Assembly: GCF_006345805.1 (NCBI RefSeq)
Contig: NW_021831731.1
Span: 186,001-250,000, forward strand
DNA: 64,000 nucleotides
From: Octopus sinensis
Lineage: Eukaryota
Reading direction: 5' to 3'
Positions 1-11,380 of this stretch are shown piece after piece. Position 1 is the stretch's first letter; each line of letters begins with the position of its first letter. Under the pieces are notes generated by a model. That model did no database searches, had not been told where the DNA came from, and was given only the letters and a program-made list of their open reading frames with translations. Made by a program: the position numbers and the translations under genes.

Positions 1-229
1 CTTAGCTTTGAATCGAAACCGTGTAATATACAAACCAATAATAATAATAATAATAATAATAATGTCAGTAGCAACAAGAACAACAACAAACCAACAATAG
101 CAGTAATAATAGAAACTACAGCAAAATGACGACGAGAATGACAACAGCAATAAAGGCAACAAAAAAAATTACGACTACCACAACAATAATAACGTTATCT
201 CATAAAAATAATGCTGTAAGACAAAAAGC

Positions 230-870
230 TAGAAACGGATCATGAACAATGAGCTCTATGCCAAAACAAGATGGACACCATAAACGTCTGTTTTTGTGAT
301 ATCAAAACCACTATAATATACTAAAGTAGGTGCTGAATGAGATGCTCAGAGTGGATGCTAAAACAAAAAAGTAAATATTCTTAGCACACAGAGGCAGATA
401 TTTACCAAATATACACATAAAAAGGAGGCAGAGGTCTTACATAAATGTAATCATTTTACAAAACAGCTACAACTGGGTCGACAAAGTTACAGTTGGGTGG
501 AAAGAAAGCAAGTCACATTATTGCCCATAAATCTACAAGGTAATGTTAAAACATTATTATATACAAAAGAATCAACAAACATAATGATAGGAAGCAAATC
601 CTATCAAGAACACACTATAGATACACAAGAAGACTCAGGAAAAAGATTAAATACAATAACGCACATACACTAACGTCCATAAGTTAAAAAAATACCATCA
701 AGAAATGCTCAACATTTACGAATACAGAAAGGTAAACTGGTCAAAAGTAAAATACTTACAAGAAATTGGAAATGAAATCATTACAAATTCAGTTGTCTAC
801 AATGACAAAGAATAAAGATTAATTTCTTGATAAGAACAAATGGTACGAATCATTGACAGTTGAAAGATCG
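230..870 (+). mobile_element. Decayed R4/Dong-type non-LTR retrotransposon fragment (post-RT/thumb region)
   Basis: Frameshifted translation gives NELYAK..., EMLRVDAKTKK and ADIYQIYT*KGGRGL. This matches the 'ELNAKNK...LDRKTRK...ADVERLY..KEGGRGL' block of R4/Dong RTs. Many stops. Confidence 0.65.
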
Positions 871-887
871 AGTTTAAAATCAAAAAG

Positions 888-1030
888 CTTTACTTGTTCA
901 TAATCGGAGTTCGTCACCTGTACGATATATAAAATTATGGAAAACGATAACTAAATTGCGTGTGTCAACAGAATCGGAGATTTGAAAGCAGTTAAAAATT
1001 CTACTTTGATTGAAGTAATGGTGTAATAAA
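888..1030. repeat. Left arm of a long inverted repeat (partner at 2229-2250 plus 2355-2486)
   Basis: 888-1019 is the reverse complement of 2355-2486, with 5 mismatches counted by eye. 1009-1030 is the reverse complement of 2229-2250, with 2 mismatches. Confidence 0.9.
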
Positions 1031-1105
1031 CGTCAGGCAGGTAAAAAATAATGATGTTGCAATAGACATATAATTTTTATGCTTCTCTCCTCCCCCTCCT
1101 CTTCC

Positions 1106-1194
<89 letters not shown>
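1106..1194. repeat. (AAT)n microsatellite
   Basis: Direct inspection. Confidence 0.98.
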
Positions 1195-1375
1195 CCTCAT
1201 CATTATCATCCTTTAATGTTAGCTTTCCGTGCTGGCGTAGGTTTGACGGTATGACTGGGAATCGGGAAGCTGCAAGGCTGCGTCAGACTCCAATGTCGTA
1301 TTTGGCATTGTTTCTACGGCTGGATGCTAGGTGCTTTATACGAGCCATCGGCATCAGTGAGGTAGTCATGAAGAT
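1195..1375 (-). mobile_element. RTE-type LINE/SINE 3' tail ending in a (GAT/ATT)n tail
   Basis: Minus strand reads ...catccagccgtagaaac...acctacgccagcacggaaagctaacattaaaggatgataatgatg, which I recognise as an RTE-like 3' end, and runs into the microsatellite. Confidence 0.6.
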
Positions 1376-1399
1376 TCCAACACTGAAAAGCACAGAGGA

Positions 1400-1855
1400 A
1401 AAGGAAAGGTAAGAAGCTGTCACTACTAAAACGACGAATTTAGAAGGAGAAGGTGGAGGCTGGTGGCTTTATGTCAGGTGTTGAAAGGCTAAAGTATGAT
1501 AAAATGAGAAGCACAGGTGTCTTGTTATAAAGGAGATACATGACTAAAGGAGATAACAAGAAGGTAGTGATGGGGTGCTCGCGCAAATTCTCAAGGACCA
1601 AGAAGGTGAGCATAAGAGAGTATACAGATCGTGGGTCATGAAAGGGGGTGAAAGAGTGTGTGGATGCTTTTATAGGAGTGTAAGGGGGAGGTAAACAGGT
1701 TGAGGTAGAGGTTAATATTGTGAAAGATGTGCAGGTGTGGGAGCGCAGATGGGGGGAAATACCAATATAGAGAGGAGTAAGGTGGGAGATATAGGAGTGG
1801 TCCAAGAAGTCGTAGGAGCAGTGGAGAGGGAGATATAGGGATACATAAGGGGAAA
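1400..1855 (-). mobile_element. C/T-rich decayed LINE fragment (possibly I/Jockey-group RT domain 7/thumb)
   Basis: Strong strand bias. The ORF segment LYIGISPHLRSHT...VYSLMLTFLVLEN loosely resembles 'YLGITFDRRLTW...LYKTFIRPVLEY'. Confidence 0.35.
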
Positions 1856-2228
1856 CGCGGCCGCTCGCGCGCTGCCGCGTTGCCTCCCTCGCGGGAGGGC
1901 GGCGCGCGGCGTTAGCAGGACCGCCCGAAAAGCCGCCCGCTGCTACCCGCTGCCGCCGGTCAGTGGTGTGTATCGGCAACTTACCCAACCCGTCTTAAAA
2001 CACGGACCGAAGAGTCCCAGTCGACTGCGAGTCGTTGGAGCCTTTCATTTCGCGAACTCCGACGGCACAGCGAAAGTGAGAACGTGACACGTCTTCGCTA
2101 GCGTCGCCGGTGCCGGTGCTTTCGGGGTCCGCCGTCGAGGCGTGCGTGGCGCCTCGAAGCATCGTTCCTGGGTCATGTCTGTGCGTTTGCGATTGCGTTT
2201 CCGCGCTTCGTTGCGTTCCCGCTCCGAC
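1856..2228 (+). rRNA. Orphan 28S (LSU) rRNA fragment, D2 3' end to D3 region; pseudogene
   Basis: GC-rich island containing ACCCGTCTTAAAACACGGACCGAAGAGTC, which matches the conserved LSU motif ACCCGTCTTGAAACACGGACCAAGGAGTC, followed by GCGAGTC...GCGAAAGTGAG. No other rDNA context is present. Confidence 0.85.
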
Positions 2229-2486
2229 TTTATTACACTGTTACTTCAATGAGCAAAAATGATATCCTAAAACCACTCGGTTATGCTTGTACATTCATGC
2301 GAGATCCTGCCCCTCCCATTTTCATAATTTCTCCATCTGTGACCAACTCTGACTATTACTTCAATCAAAGTAGAATTTTTAACTGCTTTCAAATTTCCGA
2401 TTCCGTTGACACAAGCAATTTAGTTATCGTTTTCCATAATTTTATATATCGTACAAGTGACGAACTCCGATGATGAACAAGTAAAG
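2229..2486. repeat. Right inverted-repeat arm, split by an inverted copy (2255-2341) of 2629-2715
   Basis: Direct comparison. TTACTTCAAT occurs at both 2241-2250 and 2356-2365, on either side of the insert. Confidence 0.85.
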
Positions 2487-2489
2487 TAT

Positions 2490-3072
2490 AGTCGAAGGGA
2501 GAGTGAGCAGTAGCTGAAGGCATATATTACATCTCATCTACTCCTTAATGGTCTCCCACATTAGGAAGGGGATCGGATATAATATGTGCAGATTCTAATC
2601 TCAGGTGAATACAGAAGCCGTGTTGTACCACAGATGGGGAAGGGATGAAAATGGGAGGGGAAGGGTCTCACATGTATGTACAAGCATAACCGAGTGGTTT
2701 TAGGATATCATTTTTACTGTAATGGACGGGTCTTCTTGAGCATTGCAAAACACCAGTCATCTTATTCCTTTATCACTTCCTTCGTAAGGCTCAGTATCTT
2801 GAGATCAGCCTTCAATACCTCGTCCTTTGTCTTCCTGAGTCTGCCTCTTCCACCAGTTCCATCCACTTTAAGCGATCGGCAGTTCTTGATTTAACTGTAC
2901 CCATCCATACGCATCACATGACCAAACCAGCGCAGTCTTCTCTCTTGCACGCTAAATCTAATAATCTAATTCCTCTTACGCTTAACTGTTCTCTCAATAC
3001 ATTTGCACTTTCTTGTACATGCACACTAACATTGAACATCCAGCGAAGCATACTAACTTTATTCTTCTCTAT
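2490..3072 (-). mobile_element. RTE-clade LINE 3' end (ORF C-terminus plus 3' UTR)
   Basis: Minus strand translates as ..MLRWMFNVSVHVQESANVLREQLSVRGI..VQERRLRWFGHVMRMD..RGRLRKT..EVLKADL, a classic RTE C-terminus. Confidence 0.85.
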
Positions 3073-5691
3073 AGTTTTATGAATGGAAATTCGATTTGAA
3101 GAGCATTCTACATTTCTATAAGCAAGATTGTTTGTTTGTTTGTTTGTTTCTGTGATATTGTAGAATTTGAGTCTGAATAACTTTCCGTAAATGGCCTAAG
3201 ATACCTTCATTTATTAGGACTGAATTGTACTGTTATTTCAGTTATTCATTTATTTACTTACATAAACAAATTACTGGAACTGCTTGAGCAGATTTGCAAT
3301 GCTTTTACATCCCCTTTTTATTATCTACCCCTACACAATCACTGCGTATGTTCATGATTCATTTCAGCAGCCCACTAACCCAAGAGAGCGAGATATTCCT
3401 AGAGAGCGAAAAATTCTACCAATCAGCTTCTGTCCGAGGGAAAAAATAATACGTCTAAAAGTACCTCTGTAATACTTTCTGCTGTTCATGTCGAGGATAT
3501 CTGACTCTCCAAATATAAAAATGCGGAGATAGCGATGTAGTGATTGAAAACAGAAATTATCTCTATAATAAAAAAAGTGGTGTATGTCTCAAGCACCAAG
3601 AGAGAGCATTCAGAAAATATTACTTGGCATTATATACATATTATGGGGAGTATACTCTCAGTAATATAGAATGCCTGAAACCAAAACAAATTGGATGCTG
3701 TACTCAGATATGCGCTCAATAGAAATAAAAGCAAGACATACTACTACTACTCCTACTCCTACTCCTACTCCTACTACTACTACTACTACTACAATTTCTT
3801 TTATTAGCGTGTAGAGCTCGAGACGTTGGCGACAATAAAAGGTAAAATACATAGGACAACAATAAATAAGGATCTGTAGGGGATTTATTTCGAATAAAAT
3901 ATTGAAGTCAACAATAGCAATACAATCACATTTATATATAGGTAATGATAATTAGAGCAAAGAAAAAACAATAAGAAGATGCTCCTTGTCGTGGGACAAC
4001 AACAATATACCGGGATTCGGAGCACCCTATACAGAAGCTCAGAATTGGGAGAAGGCATTGGCCTTTGATGTAATCAAAGGTGGTCAATGCCTGCTCCAGT
4101 TCTTGCCACCACACTACAGCCGCATGGTCTATGTAGACCAATCTACTCACTTTCCCTCACCTTTTATTTCTTGCCACTGAGGTGATGGCGAGGGATGTCA
4201 TAAAGAGAAAATGCAGGCTGTAACGGATTTAGATCATGTGAGAAAAACAAAGAAGCATAAGTAGAAAAAGGGTTAATCAAAGGGCCCTGCAAATCCCAAC
4301 ACCCTGAATACCAAAGAAATAGGTTTTCCTCGTTGCATCATGTGTACAGTATTTTATTGAGATGAGGTCCAGTTAATAATACAATAATCGCTGTGAAGAA
4401 ACGAACTACTCTCAGCTATTTCGAGCGTTGACAAGCATGATATAGATTTTACCTTAAACTCCAGGAAAAAAGCTATTATTTACTCTTCGTTGTCAAAAAG
4501 TGAGTAAGCAGTCAGGTGCTAGTATACTACCAAACAAGAATTCAAGAATAGCTTCATCTAAAATCACCTGGAAGATGACAGTATAAGATAAAGCAGTCTA
4601 GCCTCTGAAGACGAGCTGACCGAAAACGACTACTTTTAGCCATGGTTGACATGTCGATAACTTTTGATTTATTTAAATTGATAAGAATCCCGCCGAAGCC
4701 AGATTTATTAGTAACGTAACTGAAGCATCCGGATTTTCTTCTTTGAAACAGGCCCACAACTACCCCTGTCTACAAAGAGGATATAGTCAAGAATGTTTCT
4801 TTTTATATTTCTTGGTGCTACGTATATCAGTATCTCAATTTTAATTCTCGATTAAGTTCCTTTAGCGATTTCTTGTGGAATATTTACTATTACTATCACC
4901 ACTCCTTTCAAATCCATCTCTGGCGGTACGTCACGTCATCAGTTGTCATATTGGAGACACGCCATTTCATATAAACTTCTATAAACACAAGGTACTCGAA
5001 GTTTGTTTCTTAAAATATGGCTGTGTTTAGTGCAAAACTAATGTGTTTATTAACGAATCTGTGAAGGTTAAATGTTTCTGGTTTTCCGCGTGGTATGCAG
5101 CTTTCCCCGTTCCATACTACTTTTATCTCCTTACGAGATATCTTTATTGTCGACATACATATGTGTATTCGTCACCTGTTTCATTGGGTATGACAAGCTT
5201 TCCTAAATTATGTCACTATGTGCGAAAACCATTCCTAAATCACATCTGGTGACATAACTTAATGTATGTATATTTTATCGAAATGAAGACCGTATTGTCA
5301 TCCAGTAAAAGAATATATTATTTGTGCAAACGATCAACTATTTTCCTTCGCCTCTGCTGTTATTATGATTACTGTATTACACGTAAAATGCGAGCCAGAG
5401 CAATAATATTCTTAAGATTATAAACCTGGAAATGTACAGGACATCTGATAAAGTACAGAACAAGAAATTTTTTACTTAAAATATTGCAGCTAGAGATAAA
5501 ATTTGAAATAGAATATTTTATTAAAACTAAAAATGTTATTACAAGTTATTATTTCTATTTGTTATTACTTGTTATTTCTATTAAAAATAAAAAATAATTC
5601 AATGAAAATATTTTTGCACTTTAAAAAAATCATTTTTTAATTAATTAATAATTAAACATTTGAAAATAGGTTATAAAAAATAATAGTAGTA

Positions 5692-6445
5692 TAGGTTGTC
5701 AAGAAAGTTCTTGCGGAATTTCAAATTTTGGTTTTAAATGATGTATTTTCAAATTAATTTTCGTTAAATTACTCTTTTTTTTTAATTATTAGGCCATTTT
5801 TTCCGGAACGTTGAATACAACATGGACAAAAAACAAATTCGCACAATTTTCTTATTCCAGTTCAAGCTAGGCCGAAAAGCTGCTAAAACAACCCACGATT
5901 TTAACGATGTGTTTGGCCCAAGAACCACTAATGAACGTACAGCACAATGGTGGTTCAAGAGATTTCGTTGCGGTGACGAGAGTCTTGAAGATAATAAGTG
6001 TAGTGGTCGGCCATCGGATGTTGACAACGATCAACTAAGAGCCTTAGTCGAAGCCAATCCACGCACAACTGTTCGAGAGCTTGCTTCTAAATTAGACGTA
6101 ACGTATATGACATTTTCCAACCACTTGAAAGAGATTGGAAAAACAAAAATATTTGAGAAATGGGTGCCGCACGAACTGAACGACAACCAAAAAAAAAAAA
6201 AGAAAAGAGGAAACGCCGTTTTGAAGTGTCGTCTTCCCTTCTTTTACGCAACAAGAACGACCGGATTGTGATTTGCGATGAAAAGTGGATTCTTTACGAA
6301 AACCGGCGACGCTCATCTCAGTGGTTCGACGCCGACGAAGCTCCACGGCACTTCCCGAAGCCAAAGTTTCACAAAAAAAAAATGTCATGGTGACTGTTTG
6401 GTGGTCTGCGGCCGGTCTCATCCATCACAGTTTTTGGGATCCAGG
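5692..6445 (+). mobile_element. Mariner transposon (Hsmar1/cecropia-like), 5' TIR plus 3'-truncated transposase pseudogene
   Basis: TA-flanked TIR-like taggttgtcaagaaagttcttgcgg. ORF 5822-6271 has the HTH region and WVPHEL. Frameshifted continuation reads RIVICDEKWILYEN..PK..KK.VMVTVWW. Frameshift lies in a poly-A run. No 3' half. Confidence 0.92.
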
Positions 6446-7119
6446 CGAAACCATATTCTTTTCCGCACCATTAGTCTGATTAAACTCTTAGCTCCTTTAA
6501 TGAAGTATAACTCCGGAATAGACCAGCGATCATGAGGGATCATTTGAATGATCATGCAGTCGCTCACCTGACCAAATGTTGTGATGCACCTTCGTGTGCG
6601 TCATGTGCTTTCAGCTTTCACAAAGATAGCAAGACAAACGTCAACGTCTGTTCCAATATCTCTGGTATTGATCCGCATATTCCTTTTACTCGCGTTTGCG
6701 ACACTAAGCTGAGCCTTTTATGCTTTACAACGATCGCAAAAGAACAAATGTTGTTGTTATTGTTGTTTGCTGTGCTTAGAAATATATATATATTTTTTAT
6801 CTAAGTTAATTTTTTCAGCACTTTGTATTTTCCATTGCACAGCGGTTGCTTTTCATGTTTGTTTAATTTCATTTCGTTTAAAAAATAATTGTTTTGAAAA
6901 TAATCGGGGCGAGGTGGTGTTGTTTCTGTAATTGAAGCTATTGCTACCATCACTGAGGCAAGCAAATTGCGTATGGCAGAAATACGAGCTGTAAATCTGA
7001 ACAGAAATATAAACAAATAAAACGTTTTTAAGACGTTTGTAAAATTATCTTTCAGCAGGAGGTCTGACTGTAACACCTGTTCAAACTTACCTTCAATAAT
7101 AAATCATAATTACGATTCT

Positions 7120-7332
7120 TTCTAAATTTGGTACAGGGCCAGCAATTTTGAGGGGAGGGTACAATCCGATTACATTAACTGCAGTACTTGACTGCTACTT
7201 ATTTTAGCGACCTCAAAATGATGGCGGGCAAAGTCAGCTTCCGCAGTATTTGAAATCAGAACGTAAAGGTCAAAAAAGAAATACTGCTAAGCATTTTGTT
7301 CGACGTGTTGATGATTGTGCCAGCTCATCGTC
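7120..7332 (-). mobile_element. Degenerate tRNA-derived SINE (Nin-domain-like family, same as 41413-41633)
   Basis: Colinear but diverged match to the 41.4 kb and 44 kb SINEs. Confidence 0.6.
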
Positions 7333-7344
7333 TTATAAATCAGC

Positions 7345-7367
7345 ATAATAATAATAATAGTAGTAGT

Positions 7368-7400
<33 letters not shown>

Positions 7401-7401
7401 A

Positions 7402-7465
<64 letters not shown>

Positions 7466-7487
7466 GAAGAAGAAGAAGAAGAAGAAC
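7345..7487. repeat. Compound (AAT)/(AAC)/(AAG) microsatellite
   Basis: Direct inspection. Confidence 0.97.
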
Positions 7488-7609
7488 AATTTATTTGAAG
7501 TCGATATACGGTCAAAATTTTCGAGGAGAAGGGATAGAGCAGGGTGAATCTAGTTCAGAAAAGAACCTGGTGTAGCGTCATTTAGACTCATCTAGTTCAA
7601 TCATCCCAA

Positions 7610-7895
7610 TGATGACATAGCCTAGTGGTTAGAGCAGCGGACTCGCGGTCGAGGCATCGCGGGTTCGAATCTCAGACCGGGCGATGTATGTGTTTATGAG
7701 CGAAACACCTAAGCTGCACGCGGCTCCGGCAGAAGGTAATGACGAAGTTCTGCTGACTCTTTCGTCACAACTTTCTCTCACTCTTTCCTCTTGCATCTTG
7801 CAGCTCACCTACAACGGACCGGCGTCCCTATACGCCAAGGAAACCGGGAAACCGGCTCTTATGAGACAGGCATGGCTCGAGAAGGAACAAACAAT
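7610..7895 (+). mobile_element. tRNA-derived SINE, head type A with a Meta-like 3' domain
   Basis: A box TAGCCTAGTGGTTAG and B box GGTTCGAATCT. The head matches 51035-51210. The tail contains ACGGACCGGCGTCC...GGAAACCGGGAAACCGG. Confidence 0.85.
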
Positions 7896-9229
7896 AATGA
7901 TGACTGCAACGGCGACACTGATGATGTTGATAAAGATGATGTTGACGATGATATCGATGATGAGGATAATGCTCATAGTAATATTAACAATGCTCATCTC
8001 TGCATCGACGATATTTACTAACTTGTTAGTAAACAATCCTAAACAGTACAGTGTTGAGTGCATAATCAATAGTGTCTATATACTTGTAACGAAAATTCTT
8101 AAATGAAACAAGCATCTGACAACCTAAATGGTTTGATGTAAATAGATTTGGAAAGATAAACAGCATTGATTACACAAACAGAGTTCATCCTTGACTTGAT
8201 ATTTAAGCCATAACACGCGCACATCCATACACACGTACACATACATACACAGGCGCACATAATACACACACGCACATGCATACACACGTGTACATACATG
8301 CACACACGCTACCCAAACCTTTGAATGCGTTAATAACGATAGTATTTGGAAATTATTTTATACTATAACTATTAAATTTTCAGTATATATTATATTACTT
8401 GGTCATGGCTTTGGGCACGGCGATGGCTATTTGGTTAAAGAGTTTGTTTCGTATCTTTGTACTTTGGGATTTGATACCACTACGCGGATACATTATTTGT
8501 AGAATTTGGATACGTGGAAGGCTGTCAGTAGAAGCATTCTTATTTTTGCGTGCTAAACTAAAGGTGTCACTCGGTTGAACTTCATAATCTGGCCTCTGGG
8601 TGTCATTAGCAGAGTCCAATCTTTTTTGAAAGCATTCATGCTCGGTATCCTATCCTGTCACACATATGCAAACTCTCCCTACAAACCATCGTTTTATAGT
8701 ATATAGAAAAATCCGTCTTTTGTTTCAAAAATAGATGTATGTACCCTCCTCACTCGTTCCAGGGCAAATTCTTCGGACAAGGAGTTACAATCTTTTTCAA
8801 CACACCTCACCCACTATTTTGTGATGGCTCATATCAAAGAGCTCTTTCTGACCCACAATCAATGCGAAAGATACAAGATTGCTTTTACAGGGTTTTGTAA
8901 ATGATAATGAGTGTTGCCCTTCTTCCTATATCGAAACTATTAAAAGAAACTTGCGGCATGCTGCATGTTGTGCCGTGGCTTGAATTAATAGAACCGATTT
9001 ACAATATCATATTCTACTATGACTTTCATTTCTATTCTAGCAAAAATTGTCATAGCCCTTTTCTGTGAATGTAAAATCAAACCTTATGGGAAAATATAAG
9101 TGGACTATCACAGCAATATCAAGTCTATAACTTTTGTATCCAAGCTGAGCCTAATTACAATGTGGCCTATATCCTCATCTCAACCATTGGTAAACAGTTC
9201 TACTGATATCTCATCCTGCCGAACCAACT

Positions 9230-9230
<1 letters not shown>

Positions 9231-9327
<97 letters not shown>

Positions 9328-9440
9328 TAATAATAATAAATAATAATAATAAAAATAATGATAATAATAATAATAATATAATATAATAATAATAATAATA
9401 ATAATAATATAATAATAATAATATAATAATAATAATAATA
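9231..9440. repeat. (AAT)n microsatellite
   Basis: Direct inspection. Confidence 0.98.
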
Positions 9441-10420
9441 GGCCTTCACTGTTGACTGCCTGTCCCTTTTTCCTAATATTGCAGACATATCTATGCCAAA
9501 TTCCATGCCTATAGTTTTGCTGAAGAGTCTTACAGTTTGTATTATCTCTTTTTCATTCATACTAAAAAGCCTCAGATCGTCCCTGCAAAGCAAATGGTTA
9601 AATTTTCCTTTACTATTTCTGGACTGATACATTGCCTTTGCCTTCCTTAATACTAAACTGAAGGGGATCAGACAAAAGACTAATATTACAGGGGATAACG
9701 AGTCTCCTTGGAAAAAATCCTCTCTTGATATTAACTTACCCTAAGTCTATGTCACTTGAGTAGAGATCTACTTTCTATTTCATCATGCTAAAGCTAATCA
9801 ATTCTCTTATGTTGTCTGCTATAGGAATCAGTGTATCAGTGTAGCTTGTTTCTGTTTTGCATTTTGTTGCCTCCTTGTGTACAGAGAAAAGTATTTTCTT
9901 CTTCCGTATTGTTTTATGACATGATTAGTCTTCCACTTTTTGTTTCTAAGTACTTTTCTAGTCCAACTATTGTTATTTTATAGCAGTTCTCTATCTGTGT
10001 CAGGCTGCAATCTCCTTCTGAGCGGGGTAGATATATTCTGTGTATGCCTGCTTTGGAATGGTGACCTCGGCATGCTGTTAATAGTTTTCTGGTTTTTCTA
10101 AGTTTCTCAATTCACTGATCTTCCAATCTATTATGTTGAAGCTGTAATTTTTGTCTGATATGGCTAGAGAGTTTATCTCCATTGACTTATTTTTAGCATC
10201 GACTTAGCCTAACTCTTCTGTAATATTCTCTCCCAATTTTCTTGTTCATTTCTGTGTGTTGCATTCCAGTTGTTTGGTCTCTCCCTAGATATTTGTATGG
10301 GCGACTGTGTTTTAATTCTCTGATTTCTATTCAATGCTTTCAGTGCTGATTAATTTGCCTCTTCTCAGTGTCACTCTGGCATATTTGTCCAGCCCCATGT
10401 TCATACCCATTCCCCTTGCT
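9441..10420 (-). mobile_element. Two R4/Dong-type RT fragments
   Basis: 9780->9441 gives QGDSLSP, NHLLCRDDLRLF (YMDD motif) and IGMEFGID. 10420->9900 gives GMNMGLDK..YKYLG..YSFNIIDW..RIYLPRSEG. Confidence 0.85.
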
Positions 10421-10581
10421 GAAACGATGGACAATTTTTAGAAAGAAATCCAGCCGGGTGTATTACAGGAAACGAACTTGTTTACTAGGTTCAAAAAAAT
10501 TTATCCGAACAGTTCTTAGTACAAAGAACATAAAAATCGGGTAAAAAATTATATAGGTATTATATTGGAGGTACACCGGAC

Positions 10582-10854
10582 ACTCCGTCGGTTCGTGAAA
10601 TAACGTGCAAGTGGATGAGCATTCTACAAACACGCGTCCCCTTATCGTTGTTCCCAGGTAGATTCACTGTGACACGGAATGTGACAAAGTTTACCCTTTG
10701 AATAACAGGTACAACTCATTTTGGCTAGCTGAATACACTGGAACAACGTGGAATAAAGTGTCTTGCTCAAGGACACAACGCATCGCCGGGAATCTAATTC
10801 ACGACTTTACGATCGGGAGTCGAATAACCTAACCACTGAGCCATGCAATTTCAC
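10582..10854 (-). mobile_element. tRNA/CORE-like SINE, older internally deleted copy of the 14719-15040 family
   Basis: Shares the GTGTCCTTGAGCAAGACACTT core and the tail with 14719 and 36261. Confidence 0.85.
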
Positions 10855-10944
10855 ATGTAGAAAGAAGAAAATACTCGTGATCTAGGATCACGAGTCATGG
10901 TTCAAGAGAAATTGTAACTTAACCGGGTTCGGTACCTACTTGCG

Positions 10945-11014
10945 TAGTAACAACAGCAACATGATGATAATAATGATGTTAATATTAGCAAAACAGCAAT
11001 AACAACGACAAGAA

Positions 11015-11045
<31 letters not shown>

Positions 11046-11124
11046 AGAAGAAGAAGAAGAAGAAGAAGAAGAAGAAGAAGAAGAAGAGAAGAAGAAGAAG
11101 AACAACAACAACAACAACAACAAC

Positions 11125-11166
<42 letters not shown>
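10945..11166. repeat. Compound (AAC)/(GAA)/(AAT) microsatellite
   Basis: Direct inspection. Confidence 0.95.
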
Positions 11167-11184
11167 TTCTTACAATGGCATGTG

Positions 11185-11380
11185 GTCATATGTTTTTGGG
11201 AGACGAAGAATAACTGACTGAAATCGATCTAAGTACTTGACTGGTACTCACTTTATCGACCTCATAGAGATGAAAAGCAAAATCGATCACAGCGAGATTT
11301 CGTTTAAGTAGGTAAAATAACTTAAATATCACAAAGAATTTCGTTCGTCTACGACGATTAATGATTTTACCATACATCGT
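11185..11380 (-). mobile_element. Degenerate Nin-like SINE remnant
   Basis: Contains gtactcactttatcgacctc...gatgaaaagcaaaatcga, similar to the 41.4 kb SINE body. Confidence 0.5.

Noticed and set aside
1440-1988. 182-aa ORF as a real gene
   Set aside because: It reads through antisense 28S sequence into a LINE-like fragment, so it is a chimeric artefact.
1856-2228. R2/R4 target-site insertion in rDNA
   Set aside because: The fragment is D2-D3, the canonical R2 target sequence is absent, and no rDNA continues on the other side of the LINE piece.
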